Source: Paraspadella gotoi (taxonomy: Eukaryota > Animalia > Chaetognatha). From it: 64,000 nt of DNA. The stretch covers positions 11,675,609 to 11,739,608 of the forward strand of contig CM119266.1 of the NCBI GenBank assembly GCA_051294375.1. The letters run 5' to 3'. Numbering within the stretch: position 1 is the first letter of the stretch; every line of letters begins with the position of its first letter. The position numbers and the translations under genes were made by a program. This document shows, piece by piece, positions 12,512 to 26,612 of this stretch. Under the pieces are notes generated by a model that was not told the origin of the DNA, searched no databases, and saw only the letters and a list, made by a program, of their open reading frames with translations.

Positions 12512-15500
12512 TAGAGCGAATATACGGAATAGAGAGGAGAAGAGAGAGAGAGGATAGAGAGACGACGAGAAGAGATTAGAGATGAGCGTACGAAAGAATG
12601 AACATGTACGAGAAATTATGACGTAGAACTGATGAATATGAAAATAGCAGAGAGAGAGAGTACTCAGAGACCACATTCCTCTGAAGTCGGAAATCTTCAA
12701 GTTTCGTCTCTCCGTGATATCTTCTGTCCATGAGAGAACACCGGAAGTGCTACATGTCTTGCATATATACGGATGATAGTAATGTAACATTCTGAGAAGA
12801 GTGTCAAATGAATACTCGGCTTCTTCCTGGATCTACTATACTTCTCTGGTTCAACTCACAATGCGTCGCATATCGCGTGTGATCTATACATAAACAGATA
12901 TAGGTCGGAGAGGGGACTCGACCAGAGATACGAAATTCATAGAATTCTCCCGCGGTAGGTCCTTGTCTATGATTGCGGAAAGTGCGATTTTCAGGTAGAG
13001 GGAGAGGATGAGACGAAATGAGTATAGAATACATTATATCATGACTATTGTAGCTCGACCTGAGAGAGAATGCTCTATGCATCCTACTCTAGGATGCACT
13101 GAGAATAATCAGTAACCGAATATTGAGAAGAGACAGAGGAATTTAACACGACACAATAGAGAGCTAAACGAAAGTATGCTGAGAGTTATCTTCACAATCG
13201 ACTCAAAGCGCCGTGGTAGTAATGAGATTTGGAGCACAACATTGGCGGACATACTTCCAGGATAAATAAGGGTAAAAAATGCAGTCAGAAAGTATGCACG
13301 TAGATCTGGTGTCTACTACATTAGTCACTTATCATTTTTGTCTTTGCTCCGCTCTCCAATTCGCTGGTCGACATCCAAAACTGATGAGCTCTCACGGAGG
13401 AGGAGAGAGCACCACCACAATTCACTTCTCGAATGATCCACAATGCACATTTCACACAGTCACAAACGGATTTTTAGATTCAAAACAGTCCACCGATCTG
13501 TCCGCAACCCCTCTTCTTCCAGAGAGAGAGACACGACACGCGATTGAAAGAAAAGCACCTCCAATTTCCGCCGAGGGAGTCTTTTGGACAATCTCCAGTC
13601 AAGGAAAGGGAGGATGGTTGAACCGAAGATCGGCGAACTCAACGGCGAGTTTTTGAGAAAGCAAAGAGACGAGAACCGAGAGGTATGGGGAGAGGGAGAA
13701 CCCGGAGACATGAGAGAGAGATAGACAAGGGAATGGAACCAAACCGCTAATGCAAAAGGTATCGGACGCGAGTGTAATAATCTGAGACGATAATCGAGGA
13801 GGACGAGCAGAGGATGAGGATGAGAGAGAGGAGCAGAGGGGTGGCGACCGTGCAACTTTATACAATATATAGACCAATATATTTAAAAATCTCTATTGAA
13901 ATATCTATTTATTTTTAGTTGACTAATATACTTATAATAGTTTCTCCGCCTCGCCCCATTGGAGACGGCATCGCGTATCTTACTCTCTATTTAGTTGACG
14001 CCAGATGTTTTATGTTGTACCGCGTGTTCATCGATGTGAGTCCAAGGAGGGGCCCTACGTGACGTAGATCGAAGGATCGAAAATGACGCGAGATGCTGCG
14101 CCTGCGTCCTCGAGAACAAAAACCTGAAAGGTATGGAGAAAGAAGGACCAAAGAAAAAATTAAAGAAAGAAAGAAAGAAAGTAAAGAAAGAAAAGAAAGA
14201 CAAGATGAAGAAAGAAGATAAAGAAAGAAAGAAAAGAAAGAAAAGGAAGAAAGATAAGAAAGAAAGCAAAGAAAGAAAACAAAGAAAGAAAGAAAGAAAA
14301 TGAAAGAAAAAGAAGTAAAGCGAAATAAAAAAAGAAAATTAAAACATAAAAAACCCCGCTCTTTATTTGCGCTTGGTCCCTTAAATCTTCTATGATCGTC
14401 AATCATTCATCGTACGTCGTTGCACTTTTCATCGAGTCCGCAGAGAGGACCGGCGACTGGGTATCGGGTGACGCCCAAAAGCCTCGACGGCAAAAATCGA
14501 AATGGCGGCGCCTTCGCTTCGGCCACGGATGGCGTGGGGATCGTGGTGTGGAGGCGGCCGGAGGATTCTTGGAGTCGATGAATTTGCGTGGCAGGGATCG
14601 TGGCGTGGGGGGAAACAGCGGGCCATCCGTTTTCGTAGGAAGGAATAGCCATTTAGGTTACAATATGTATAAAAAATAGAATAATTAAGAATGACTGGTA
14701 TAGGAGAAATGACCATCCCTTCTAGTCATGCTTGGAATCAGATATATAGCGCACCTACGCTATATGACGCTCTATCGCCATAGGATGCTAATCCGGTATA
14801 GGAATGTTATATGAATGAACGTCATACGATGCCAACGACCAACAGAACTCCCGAACAAGAATGAGCGAAGAATGGGAATACCTAAGAACAAGTCACGTTA
14901 TGCAGACTTCAGTGAGTGATCAAATATACACTGGGTGACAAATATGAGAACACCAAATAAGAGTACAAATACCGATAGCTTCCGTGCATATATAGGAACG
15001 GATGGGAAACAGCGATATATGAAATAAACACGCACACCAAGAGCGAATGAGGACATAGAAAGGGTACCACGAAGATAATAAGCTAAAGAATAAAGAGACC
15101 ATTAAAATGATGAAGAAACGAACATAAGTGGAAAATCGCACGCCACAATAAAGATCAAAGACATAATGAAGAGAGAGAACAAAGAAACAAATAGTAAAGA
15201 GGAAATAATTGAAGACACAATCTCTCTGCACATAGAATGTTGAACTCGACACGTTAGACAAGCACAGAAGATGATAGAAATGGCAGAGGTAGAGACAGAT
15301 TAGTGGCAACACGCAACTGAGTGCATTGATTATTGATGTTGGAAGCCGAAAGATAGCCTCAAACTCCTAGCAACGCATGTGCAGAATATCTCGGATCGCT
15401 ATTATAAATAGCACAATGGCTTCACGCTGCAAACCAGGAAGGAAAACGTCATACCAACTGTACTGCGCCCCGAAAAAGCCGCCACAGGCGGAGACGAGCG

Positions 15501-16597
15501 ACAACCTTTTTACCTAAGTTGATGGCAGACAAGGAGAAGAATTGAGGTACGGGCCAAGAGGGGTCTTCATGGAGAGCCGCGGATCCGCACGCAGCTTCTG
15601 GGCGTCGGAGGCGAAGATTTCAGTGGCAGCACGGCAGGCATGCCCGAGCGCGCTGGACCAGTCTCGTGCCTGTTGTAATTCGAAAGAAGGACCCCAGAAT
15701 AGAATAGGTTAATAAGCCAGGCGGAAATTACAGATACGAGATTCGCATTAAACAACCGTCGAAGAAAAAAATAACTTGTTAAATCCTCAGCTATAAATTG
15801 AGAAATCACAACCGAAGGAATGGACGAAATAGAAAAAACCAGAATTTCAATAAATAATGAGAAGAGAGAACCTACTATCAGAGCCCGACGACACCTAATC
15901 ACAAAAACACGATGACCTTAGTCCTGAGTTCAGTCTGTGCAGCGAACGAGAGAAAACGTGGAAATATCAGGGAGAGAAGGCAAGAAAAACACACGTGAGA
16001 AAAGGAACCAAGAATGAAAGATTAACAAAAAAGCAGGAAAAGAATGAATACAACAAATCTGCTGTTAGTACAAAGTAAAAGATGTTATAGTTCCTGAGAA
16101 TCACTTCCACTTTAAGCGTGAAACTATCCTGAGCAGAGTAAATAATGACCACTCAAGGTTACTAAAATAACAAACCCATATGAGTCAACTAGATGGAGCA
16201 TTATAAAAAATGAATAATAAATTCTTTGAATAAAGATATATCAACCTGAAAGATGCGTGCAAGAGATAGAAATTGGATACTATGGTAATAATTCGATTAA
16301 TCTTCAGAATATCACCCTATTTTTCGCACCCAATCAAAAAATTAGTGACATGATATCGCGCATGAGACCTGATCTCTAATCCGCCGTAAACTACATGTCC
16401 GACGAAAAAGTGGAATAGAATGTATATACAATAAGCAGAAACATTTGAATATAGCCGACACCATGTCCTTGCCTCTATAAATCACACCTCTTCTAGGAAA
16501 TCCTAGTCTATCCATTACATTCATTATTCATCTCCGACGTTTTTATTCTCCTTCTCTTTTTTCTCTCTCTCTCTCTCTCGAGAGAGAGAGAGAGAGA
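12512..16597 (+). other. Apparently exact duplicate (offset 4437) of the noisy block 8075-12160; probable assembly artefact
   Basis: Follows a 25-N gap (12487-12511). The ORF-track translations recur identically at +4437 (e.g. 8842/13279, 9955/14392, 11905/16342), including the apparent read errors. Confidence 0.9.
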
Positions 16598-17031
16598 GAG
16601 ATATCGATACCGATTCTGAAGTGGAAATCTTCAAGTTTCGCCGAATTCGTAAAACCGGAAGTCTTCCTCATTTGATTCATTTCGAGAGGAAATGAAATTG
16701 TTTTTTTTCTTCTTCTTCTTCTTCCCTTTTTATTCTCTTCCTTCTTCTTCCCCTTCTTCTTCTCTTCCCCATCTCCTTCCTTTCTTCTTAAACATTGTCG
16801 GAGAGGGGGACTCGACCAGAAGTTAATTCTCCCCGAGGCGTGACAGATTCGAAAAGTCGATTTTTCAGAGGGAATGATGATCATAATCATGATTTTTGCT
16901 CCCGGGAGAGATTGCATGATTATGATCATAATTACGAAGAGAAGAAAAAAAAATATACAACTGGTTTTGTTGATTCGTAAAAAATGCAGAATTGACGGGG
17001 AAAAGTTACAATTTTTGTTTCCCATCGGATG

Positions 17032-17155
<124 letters not shown>

Positions 17156-17419
17156 CGACGTGCAACTTTAGACAATATATTTAAAAATCTCTATGAAATA
17201 TCTATTTATTTAGTTGACTAATATACTTTAAAGTTCTCCGCGTCGCCCCATTGAGACGGCATCGCGTATCTCTCTCTATTTAGTTGACGCAGATGTTGAC
17301 GCGCGTCATCGAGAGTCCAAGAGGGCGTGACGTAGATGAAGGACGAAATGACGCGAGACGCTGGCCTGCGCCTCGAGACAAAAACTGAAAGGTATGAAAG
17401 AAGGACCAAAGAAAAAATT

Positions 17420-17533
<114 letters not shown>

Positions 17534-17741
17534 ATGAAAGGAAAAGAAAGAAGGAAATAAAAAAAGAAAATTAAAACATAAAAACCCCGCTCTTTATTTT
17601 GCGCTTGGCTTAACATCGTCATGATCGTCATCATCATCGTCGTCGTTGACTTTTCATGAGTCCGAGAGAGGACGCGACGGGTATCGGGTGACGCCAAAGC
17701 CTCGACGGCAAATCGAAATGGCGGCTCGCTCGGCCACGGAT

Positions 17742-17793
17742 GGCGTGGGGATCGTGGCGTGGGGATCGTGGCGTGGGGATCGTGGCGTGGGGA
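17742..17793 (+). repeat. 14-bp tandem repeat (GGCGTGGGGATCGT)x~3.7 with four GGGG tracts
   Basis: Directly visible; the G4 tracts are separated by identical 10-nt spacers. Confidence 0.9.
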
Positions 17794-20199
17794 ACAGCGG
17801 TGTTTCGAGGGAGGACATTGTAAAAATATGGGGAGAATGACAATTCAGCTTTTGTTGGAAATATGAGTATTGCTTTACGATATTGTATCGGTATGGAATG
17901 TTATATGAAACGTCATACGATGCCAAAAAATCGACAATGCAGGATACTGCGGTTCCTTGCGATTCTATTCAATTCTTTGCATTTAAACAATAATAAAGAT
18001 TGCATTTAAGGTAAAGCAAAAAAAAAGAAAAAGACTGAGGAAGATCAAAGAATGAGAATAGGATAAATGATGAAAAGGACATTGGAAAACGTCGCCACAA
18101 TAAAGATCAAAGACAATGAAAAAGAAGTAAAAGAGAGAAATAGAGAATCGCCCAGAATGACGAAGTAGACAGAAGGGAAGAAATGGCAGAAAAGATTTGA
18201 GGCAGAGATTTTTTTTTTTTTTTAAGCCGAAACCAACTCCTCCTATTTTCGTTTTCATGTCAGAAGAAAAACTCATCCACTCTGCGCCCCGAAAAACGGC
18301 CAAGGCGGACGCGGCATCGCCAGCGGCTGGATCAGTGGCAGCCGCGGCTGGCGCGGCGGCCGCTGGCGAACGAAGAAGGACAAGAGAGAAATTAAAAGAC
18401 GGAAAACGATGAGATTCGCGAGAAAAATAAACTTGTTAAAACAAAAGAGAAACACAAGGAAGAGAAAATAGAAAAAACCGTTTAAATAATGAAAGAAAAA
18501 ATAAAATCCAAACCATGAGTTGTGTTGGCAGGAATGAAATAAAGAAAAGAAAAATAAGAAAAGGAACAAGAATGAAAAAAAAAGGAAGAAGGAAAAATTC
18601 TTGTTGAAAAAAATGTTTAGTTTTGATCCTTCACTTGGTAATGACCCAAGTTCAATACAACTTGGAACTGAGGCATTATAAATGAATAATACATTTTTCT
18701 TTTTGATTGTAATATTCACCTGGAAGGGAGATTAGAAATTGATTAAAAAATTCGATTAATCTCGAACACTATAACGCGCATACTACTACTAACGATACCC
18801 TCATTATACCTACAATGCGACTTTAAAGCCACACTGTCTCTCTGAAAAACCCCTTTAGAGAAATTCCCAGTTTTCCATATTCATTATTCATTCTCGACGT
18901 TTTTTTTTATTCGTCATTTTTTTACTTTTTGAGAGAGAGATTTTTTTTTCCTTTCTCTTTCTCTCTAGATTTCGTCCATGATGGGAGAGAGATTAGAACA
19001 TCTTCCTCATTCCTCTGATGAGGCTCCCGAGATTTCTAGCGAGAGNNNNNNNNNNNNNNNNNNNNNNNNNNNNNNNNNNNNNNNNNNNNNNNNNNNNNNN
19101 NNNNNNNNNNNNNNNNNNNNNNNNNNNNNNNNNNNNNNNNNNNNNNNNNNNNNNNNNNNNNNNNNNNNNNNNNNNNNNNNNNNNNNNNNNNNNNNNNNNN
19201 AGAGAGAGAGAGAGAGAGAGAGATTCACTTATGGAAAAATATGAGGAAATGATGAAAAATGCATCGCCTCTTTCTCGCCGACGAGGACGACGACGACGAC
19301 GACAACGACGACGACGACGCCGTCCCATATCTCGGAAGCCGGCGACGCAGTCAGCAGAAAACTCCAAGGTGCCGGACGCCGCGGGCGAAATTCCGGCGCT
19401 GAAGACGATGCCACATGCGCTGCCGCCCTGCGCCGCTTTCCGCTTGCATGTACCCGCCATTTAGTACTTGTAGTCCGACAGCTTTCATGTTGGAAAAACC
19501 GCAAATTACAAAACCGATTCTCTCCGGTAATCAACCGACTTTCACCTCAATCTGTCTTCTCATTTCCAAATCAATAATTTCCTTCCATCACAAATCAAAC
19601 TGCATAATTCCCTGCCCCAACCCCCTCCCCTTGATTTCACTTTCACGCTCAATTATTCTCTGCCTCTTCTCGCGACGCGCTCGAACGTAAGAGCAAGAGA
19701 GCCGGAATGCGTGTTACGCAGCGGAGCGTGCAGCGCTCTCGCACACCTATCGTTGCGTAAGACTCGTCATCGTCGGTGGCGATGAGACGCGTAATTAATT
19801 TATAGGTGGCGCGCTGCTTTTGTTTTTTTTTTCAGGCTTTGGTATGACGCTTGTATGATGCAAAAGCGTCAGTGGCGCCACCCTAACCATCACCACAGCC
19901 GCCGCCACCGCCGCCGACGCCCCGCAGCCGCAAGCGCCGGTGCCGCAGCGATTTGCTTTTTTCTCTTGAATATTCATCGTAATTTTCTGATTTTCCTCTA
20001 ATTTGCGATTTAGCGAATTTTTCGTCTCCTAAAATTGCGTCGTTTTTTAGATTAATTTAAATTTTAACCGAAATCATTTTTCAAATAAGGAATTTTTAGC
20101 GGGAAAAAATTTCGCGTCTCCAAATTTCCATTCCTTCCTTCCTTCCTTCCTTCCTATCTTCTTTCTTTCTTTCTTTCTTTCTCGTCTTCTTTCTTTTCT

Positions 20200-20246
<47 letters not shown>

Positions 20247-20533
20247 CTCTTTCATTCCCTCCGTCTTTCTAAGAATGTCTTTCTCTCTCTATCAGCCAAA
20301 GATCCGCCGCGCCCACCCGGCTCCGCGCAGCGCCGCCCTCGTTTCTCCGGCGTCAATGATTTAAGGCCCAAGAATCGGACGGGAACGAGGCTCGAAAATT
20401 GAAAGAAAAGGCAAAGACTGGAAAATCCATGGGCCAAAAGCCTGGAAAGGACGTTTGAGGGAGAGGGGGGCGTGGGGTGGGTTGGAGATCGGGGGAAATG
20501 AGGGATGATTTCTTTGTTACCCGCCCTCTTATT

Positions 20534-20634
<101 letters not shown>

Positions 20635-21342
20635 CCCGAACAGAGGGCGAAAAGGGAAAAAGGAAAAAAAGAGTGGGCCCGGTCCTCATGGGTTATGATT
20701 ATGGTGTTTCTCGAGTGTTTGATGGAGCTTGAACACGAAAGGGACGCGGATGTCTCTAGTTGTCTCCTCTTGTAGCGACACGCAAAAGGGGAATAAGGCG
20801 TCAAAAAAGATCATGCGCGTCATTTGTTGACGTTTTCTTCGCGCGGAGCGAAAAGAAAAAAAAAATCGAAACGGAACAAATATATAAAAGAGAATATAAC
20901 TGTTCCCTCCTTTCCTCTCGTTTTTATTGTTTCGAATAATTGTCATTTCTTCTCTTTTCGAGGCGGTTAATTTCGCGCCGTCCACGACGGGGACGACGAC
21001 GACGACGACGACACTGACCTCGAAGTCAGAAGTCATCTAAAAATCAGGAGATGATTAAAAAAAAAAAAAAAAAAAACTGTTTTCGAAGATAATGAGACGA
21101 ATATAAACCAAACATGATTTTTTTTCTTAACCTTTAGCGTCTCATAAATTAACGTTTAATTGACTGTTTAATGTTTATATGAGAAACGACAACTCTGATT
21201 CAATGTCCTCATTCGAAACCTTATTACTTTATTTGCCCATCGAGAAAGAGTTAAGACGACGACGACGACGAACTCAGTTTCCAGTTTCGGCGCCGACTTC
21301 CGGTGCCAGCGCCGCTAAGACGACGATTTGTTCCAAAGGACG

Positions 21343-21496
21343 CACGTGGGAATTCCGGCGACGCCGGTTCGCGGCGCGTGAGGAGTTTGACCAAACGAGG
21401 TCACGTGATCGAAAAGGAATAACGTCGGTCGTTGACGTGGGAATGACGTCACGTGGGCAGAGTGAATGACGTCGAGTGAATGGTGGAGCGGACGTG
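21343..21496. promoter_or_regulatory. Dense CRE/E-box (ACGT-core) motif cluster, candidate enhancer
   Basis: CACGTG at 21343, 21402 and 21450; TGACGTCA at 21444; TGACGT at 21433 and 21467; further ACGT cores near 21422 and 21492. Function is inferred. Confidence 0.35.
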
Positions 21497-22622
21497 AGTA
21501 TTTTAAATTGATAGGGGGCGTTGATTCAATGTCATAACCCAAAAGACTGTTAGAAAAAGAAATAACAAAAAACAAGAAAAACGACCACATTTCGACTTTC
21601 TATTTGACCACTGTGATCTTAGCCACGCCAGCAACCGCAGCCCGCTGCCTTCAACGCCGCCGAAGTCGCTGCCGCAGCCGCTGCCGCAACCGCCGCAACC
21701 GCCGCCGCCGACATGAATCAGTCGCGATGAGGAATTCTTGAGAGTCTCTTTTATCCTGAACGATTGGCGTCGGGGGTTCCACCGACATCCCTGGTCCTCT
21801 CGAATTCAATCGCGCCCACCACTCTTTTTACAGAACTTCTTTAGCTTACTAGTTACCACTGCATCGTCCTCGTGACGGCGTCTCCGCTGAAGGACACATT
21901 CTTAAATTTCTCCAGTTTTCTACTTCTGCAAAATGGCACTTAATTTTTCAGAATCATCTTACCATATTTACTTTTTTCCTCTTTTTCCCCCATCACAGAC
22001 TCGAGAATATCCTTTAGCCAATGTTTAAATATTCATCATTTTGTAATATTACGATTTTCTAACTCGAAAGAAATAATGGAGAAAAAAGGAGGAAAGGAGT
22101 CAGGAGAGAAAGAAAAGAAAGGGGATGGAAAATAAAAGATGAAAAAGTAGAAAGAAGNNNNNNNNNNNNNNNNNNNNNNNNNTGAAGGAGAAAGGAAAAA
22201 GAAGCAGAGAGAAGGCCGACAACGAGACTAGAAACTGAAAGTCAAAAAAAAAAAGCAAAAAAAAAAATGCAAGACAGAAAGGCAAGCAGATATCTAGAAA
22301 GGAAGAGGAAAAAAAGTAATTGCAGAAGCCAGAGCAAGAGAAAAGGAAAGAATGGATTGGAGAAAAGAGGAGGGCAGGCAAGTGGAGATTAAATTCTTTT
22401 CGGTCCCGACCTCCGCGAAAAGAAGCCATAAGTAAAAGAGGAGGAAGAACTTTGTCGGGGAATTTGGCGGAAAGGGGGGCGGGTGGGGGGGCGGTGGGGG
22501 GACCGGGGGGTGAAGGGGGGAAGGGTTACCGCCCTCTATTAAGATTCGCTAGGAAAATGGCGAGATTAGAGACTGGACGGACTTTTACGAGAAGAGAGAG
22601 AGAGAGAGAGAAGGAGAAGAGA

Positions 22623-22653
<31 letters not shown>

Positions 22654-22669
22654 AGAGAGAGAGATGAGA

Positions 22670-24919
22670 GAGAGAGGTAAGTGGAAGAAAGGAAAAAGGG
22701 AGGGAGAGAGAAAGGGTGCATCGACTAATCGAGAGCGTGAAATCGATCCTCGCTTAATTCGTTCCAATTCACTTTTTCACAAAAACCACTACGTCTTGCA
22801 TTTGTCCCCTTTTAATGTATCACTCCGTAAATTCAAATGTTCGTAGTGTCGACGTTCCTCTTTCTGGAGAAAGGAGAATACATCCAAATAATCTTCCCTT
22901 CTTCCACTCATATTTTCCCTCAAATCTTATTTCAACATCCTTTTCTTCGGAATGCACGTTTTATCGTCGTCGTATCGATAGTCATCGTCGTCTACTATCG
23001 TCTCGTCAGTTCATGAAATCGTTAAGTATTCTCTAGAGCGGCTGCTCACTATACGGAAATTTAACGAAGCCCGTCACCTTTCCCTTCAATCCGAACATGT
23101 TCGTTTATTTAACGTCTCTTCAGCTTCTGATATCTTCTGCCGTGTAAGGAGAGAGAGAGAGGAGAGGAAAGAGAAAGATAGAGAGATAAAAGGAAGAGAG
23201 AGAGGCTTCAATTCATTCACAATGAGCCATAAAATATAGTCGAGCCGTCCCCTTCTCCCACTCGCCATTTATTCCCTTCACCGACTCAGACAACGGACAC
23301 CCCCCCTTACTTCAGCCACGCCGCATGCTCCTCCTCTAAATGACCACTCATTAACGGTAAATAGAGGGAGAGAGAAGAAAAGAGAGAGAGATAGAGGAGA
23401 TGAGAGAAAGAAGAGGTTTGCATTAAATCACAATCCTCCTAACTCTTTATCTTTCCTACGCCCCCGAAGTCAACCTTGATGAAGATTTAAATTTGCGCCC
23501 TGGTTCCCGATGCAACCAATTGTCCCCGCACCCTCACCGAAGTCTTCTCCCCCTTCCTACCCACACTGGGAGCAACGGCGGCGGCGGAGGAATAAGTGCA
23601 ATGCGGCCACCGGCTGCTGCGGAGGAGTGAGCAAAGGGTGACTAGTATTTATCTTAATTATAGATTATGATTCATTATTATCTGATGGAATCTTGCAAGC
23701 TTTCTTGACAGCAATATATATGTTCGGCAATGACTTTGAAATATTTGTACATCAAGTCTTTAAAAAAAGAATTTAATCACTCTTCTCCCTCCTCTCTCTC
23801 TCCTCCTCTCTCTTCCCTCTCTCTCCTCTCTTCTCAACTTCTCTCCTCTCCTCCTCTCTCTCCCTCTTCTCTCTCTCTCTACTCTTCTCACGACACAGAG
23901 ATTATCCGATACACGCCAATGCACATAACTCATCACTTACCTTCCATATTTATCTCGAAAGACGCTTTTGCTGTAACGCGCGTGTCTTAATTCCCTGGAA
24001 GGCAGGGCGTTGCTTGACCCCAAACGAGGTAAGTGAGTGGTCCCGACGCCGTACCAACTTTTCTCGTTTCTCTTCTCATTAAAACGATTGCTACACACCC
24101 CCACTCCCTCTCTCCCTCTCTCTCACACTCTCCTCTCTCTCCTCTCCTCTCCGGGGGATTCCAATCGTCCGCTCGGTTTAAAAGAGATCACAGAATTTCC
24201 ACACTTTTTTTAATCACCTCTAGTTTTATCACCTTCCTCATTGTTCATCGCTCTAATCAAGCTACCTTGGATAAATCATCACCCCCCCCCTCTTCAGATC
24301 CCGGATTTTCGATCGCCGATCGTAATATCGTTGACGCGTTAGATCGAAAATTCGGAATAAAGGAATCCACTTAAAAGAAAAAACCCGATCGTCAGAATTC
24401 GGAATTGACAACGGATGTTCGTTGTTTTTCTTTTTTTTTCCTTAATTTTTCGTGAATTTTATTTCTTAATCCAGTCTGTCTGGATTTTTTATTTTTATTT
24501 TTTGTTCTTTCTTATTCTTCTTTCTTTACTTGCTCTACTTTTTATGACTGTCCGTCTTTCTTTCATCTTTCTCTGAATTTTTCGATCGGCCCACTGACGT
24601 CACGACTCGCGCGCGCAAACGATCGTCAAAAAGACATTTAAATCTTGAAACACAAAGAATTTAAAGAAATTTTTTATAAAAGTCGCGCCTTCGATCATTC
24701 GACGCCGCGGTTCGGTTCGTCGGCCGGAAAAATCTTGTGCCGGGCGTTGAAATCTCGACCGCCGAAAATTCCTACGGAGTCAATTCCATATCAGTGTCCC
24801 TAATCTGTTCTTTTTTTTCCAAAAAAAAACCCTTTTTCCAAAATCTGTTTCTTTCCTTCAATTTTAACGCTTTACTTTAAGTTATTTTTTTATTTTTCCC
24901 GTTCTCTCTCTACTCTCAT

Positions 24920-24996
<77 letters not shown>

Positions 24997-26444
24997 TCTC
25001 TCTCGTGTCTTGTCATCATAAAACTTCACTTGGGTTCCCCCACAATGGTCGTTAGTACACGTTGTTCTTGGGCCCCCGTGTTCCCTTCTTCTTCCTCTTC
25101 CTCCTCCTGCTCCTCTTCTTCCTCCTAATTCTATTCATTACGATCCTGTTTTTTTTCCCTCTGTTATACAGGACGAAGCATTAAAGGTTTAATTTGTGGC
25201 TAATCATTTACTATTAATTATCGCATTTAGTCGCTCGGATCAAGAGAACGTGGAAAAACCGTTTTAATCCTCGAAAATAAAAAATAAAGGAAAAAAAGCT
25301 TCGCCTTTTAAAAAATTAAAATTTCTTTGTTTTAAACATACGTCTTTTTACAATTTCTTTTTAAATTTTCTTTCTTAATCGCTTTTAAGGTTTTCTTATC
25401 GTCGTGAATTAGCCCGGCCGATGTACGACAAAAGACAAGGGCGGCCGACTGAAAAAACAAGGGATAAAAAAAAACAACATAATAAAGAAATAATTTTACC
25501 GATTAACAACAGGTGTAACAGTTAAGGTAAGAGAGAAAGAAAAAAAAATCGTAGATTGGGACGTAAATTTTGGGACGGGGCGGGATTCAGATGGTCTATA
25601 CCTCGCGTGAGAGAGAATTACGAGAAGACAGTGTCAGGAAAAACGACATTTAACCATCTTTTAATTAAGGTCGTTCCCGAACATTTTCGCGCCATCTTTT
25701 TTCCCGATGACGTCACGTAAATGGAGCGGATGACGATTAACGCTTGTTTGATCGACGCTGGCGGCGCTGGGAGCAAAAAAACGCTGGAGGGCGCGACCCC
25801 AGCCAAATATGCATCATCAACAATCGCAGCCGACGCTGATGCAAGCGCGGCGGCTGCCGCCATGCCACGCTGCGGGGGACGACGGAGCCAATAAGGAGAA
25901 GCGAATTAAAATGGGCTGATGAGGAGAGCGAGGAGGAGGAAGAGATTCGGAAGGAGGAAGGAAATGGAGAACTAATGGAAGGGAAATGTGAGCTTTTTTA
26001 TAGATGTGATACCGCCGAGGTCAATAAAAGGAGCGTATCCTGGGATTTCTTTTGTATCTACATTATTGTAAGAGATATGTACATTGTACGAAATACTTAA
26101 TATGAGAATAAGTCGCCATCTTGTATCTTTTCTAAGAGAAAAATAAAAAACGCAGCTGTTTCTGTTATGATCATCTCGATGAATCACCTTCCTTTCTCAA
26201 CTGTCTTCCATTCCCTCCAAATCTGTCTCCAATCATCAAATTGTCTCATTTCACTCTTCAATATTCATCTCGCTCGAATCAAAACCTTCGACCCCCTGGC
26301 TACTCGCTGCGCCCTCCGCCATCTTGTCACCCTCTACGCCCTCTTCTCTCTATCCCTTCCTCCACTCGCTCTCCATTACTTTTTTTTCTTTCTCTCGTCT
26401 CCCAACTCCCGTCGCGTGCAATCGAAGAACCCCCAGGGAACGCG
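22670..26444 (-). other. Inverted, error-rich copy of 1516-6090 inside a gap fill
   Basis: Reverse-complement landmarks in order: 22780-22860 vs 5880-5970; 23730-23790 vs 4537-4595; 24150-24210 vs 3810-3873; 26400-26444 vs 1516-1570. Lies downstream of the 25-N gap 22158-22182. Confidence 0.88.
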
Positions 26445-26612
26445 ATAATGGAGGCAGGGAATGAATATCGGGTAGATTCAGCTTAAATTCAGCTGAGATT
26501 AAGTTCGCTTAAAAAAGAAAATAAAGAGGAGTCTTTGAAAATGAAAATAAAACTTTATGCACAAGTTCTGCGCTCTCCCAACGTTTAACTATTATTTACT
26601 CATATTTTGAAC

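Noticed and set aside
8072-16524. Apparent duplicated cluster of ~15 small novel ORFs
   Set aside because: They lie in the noisy read-derived block, and the accurate copy (16600-18965) does not preserve these frames.
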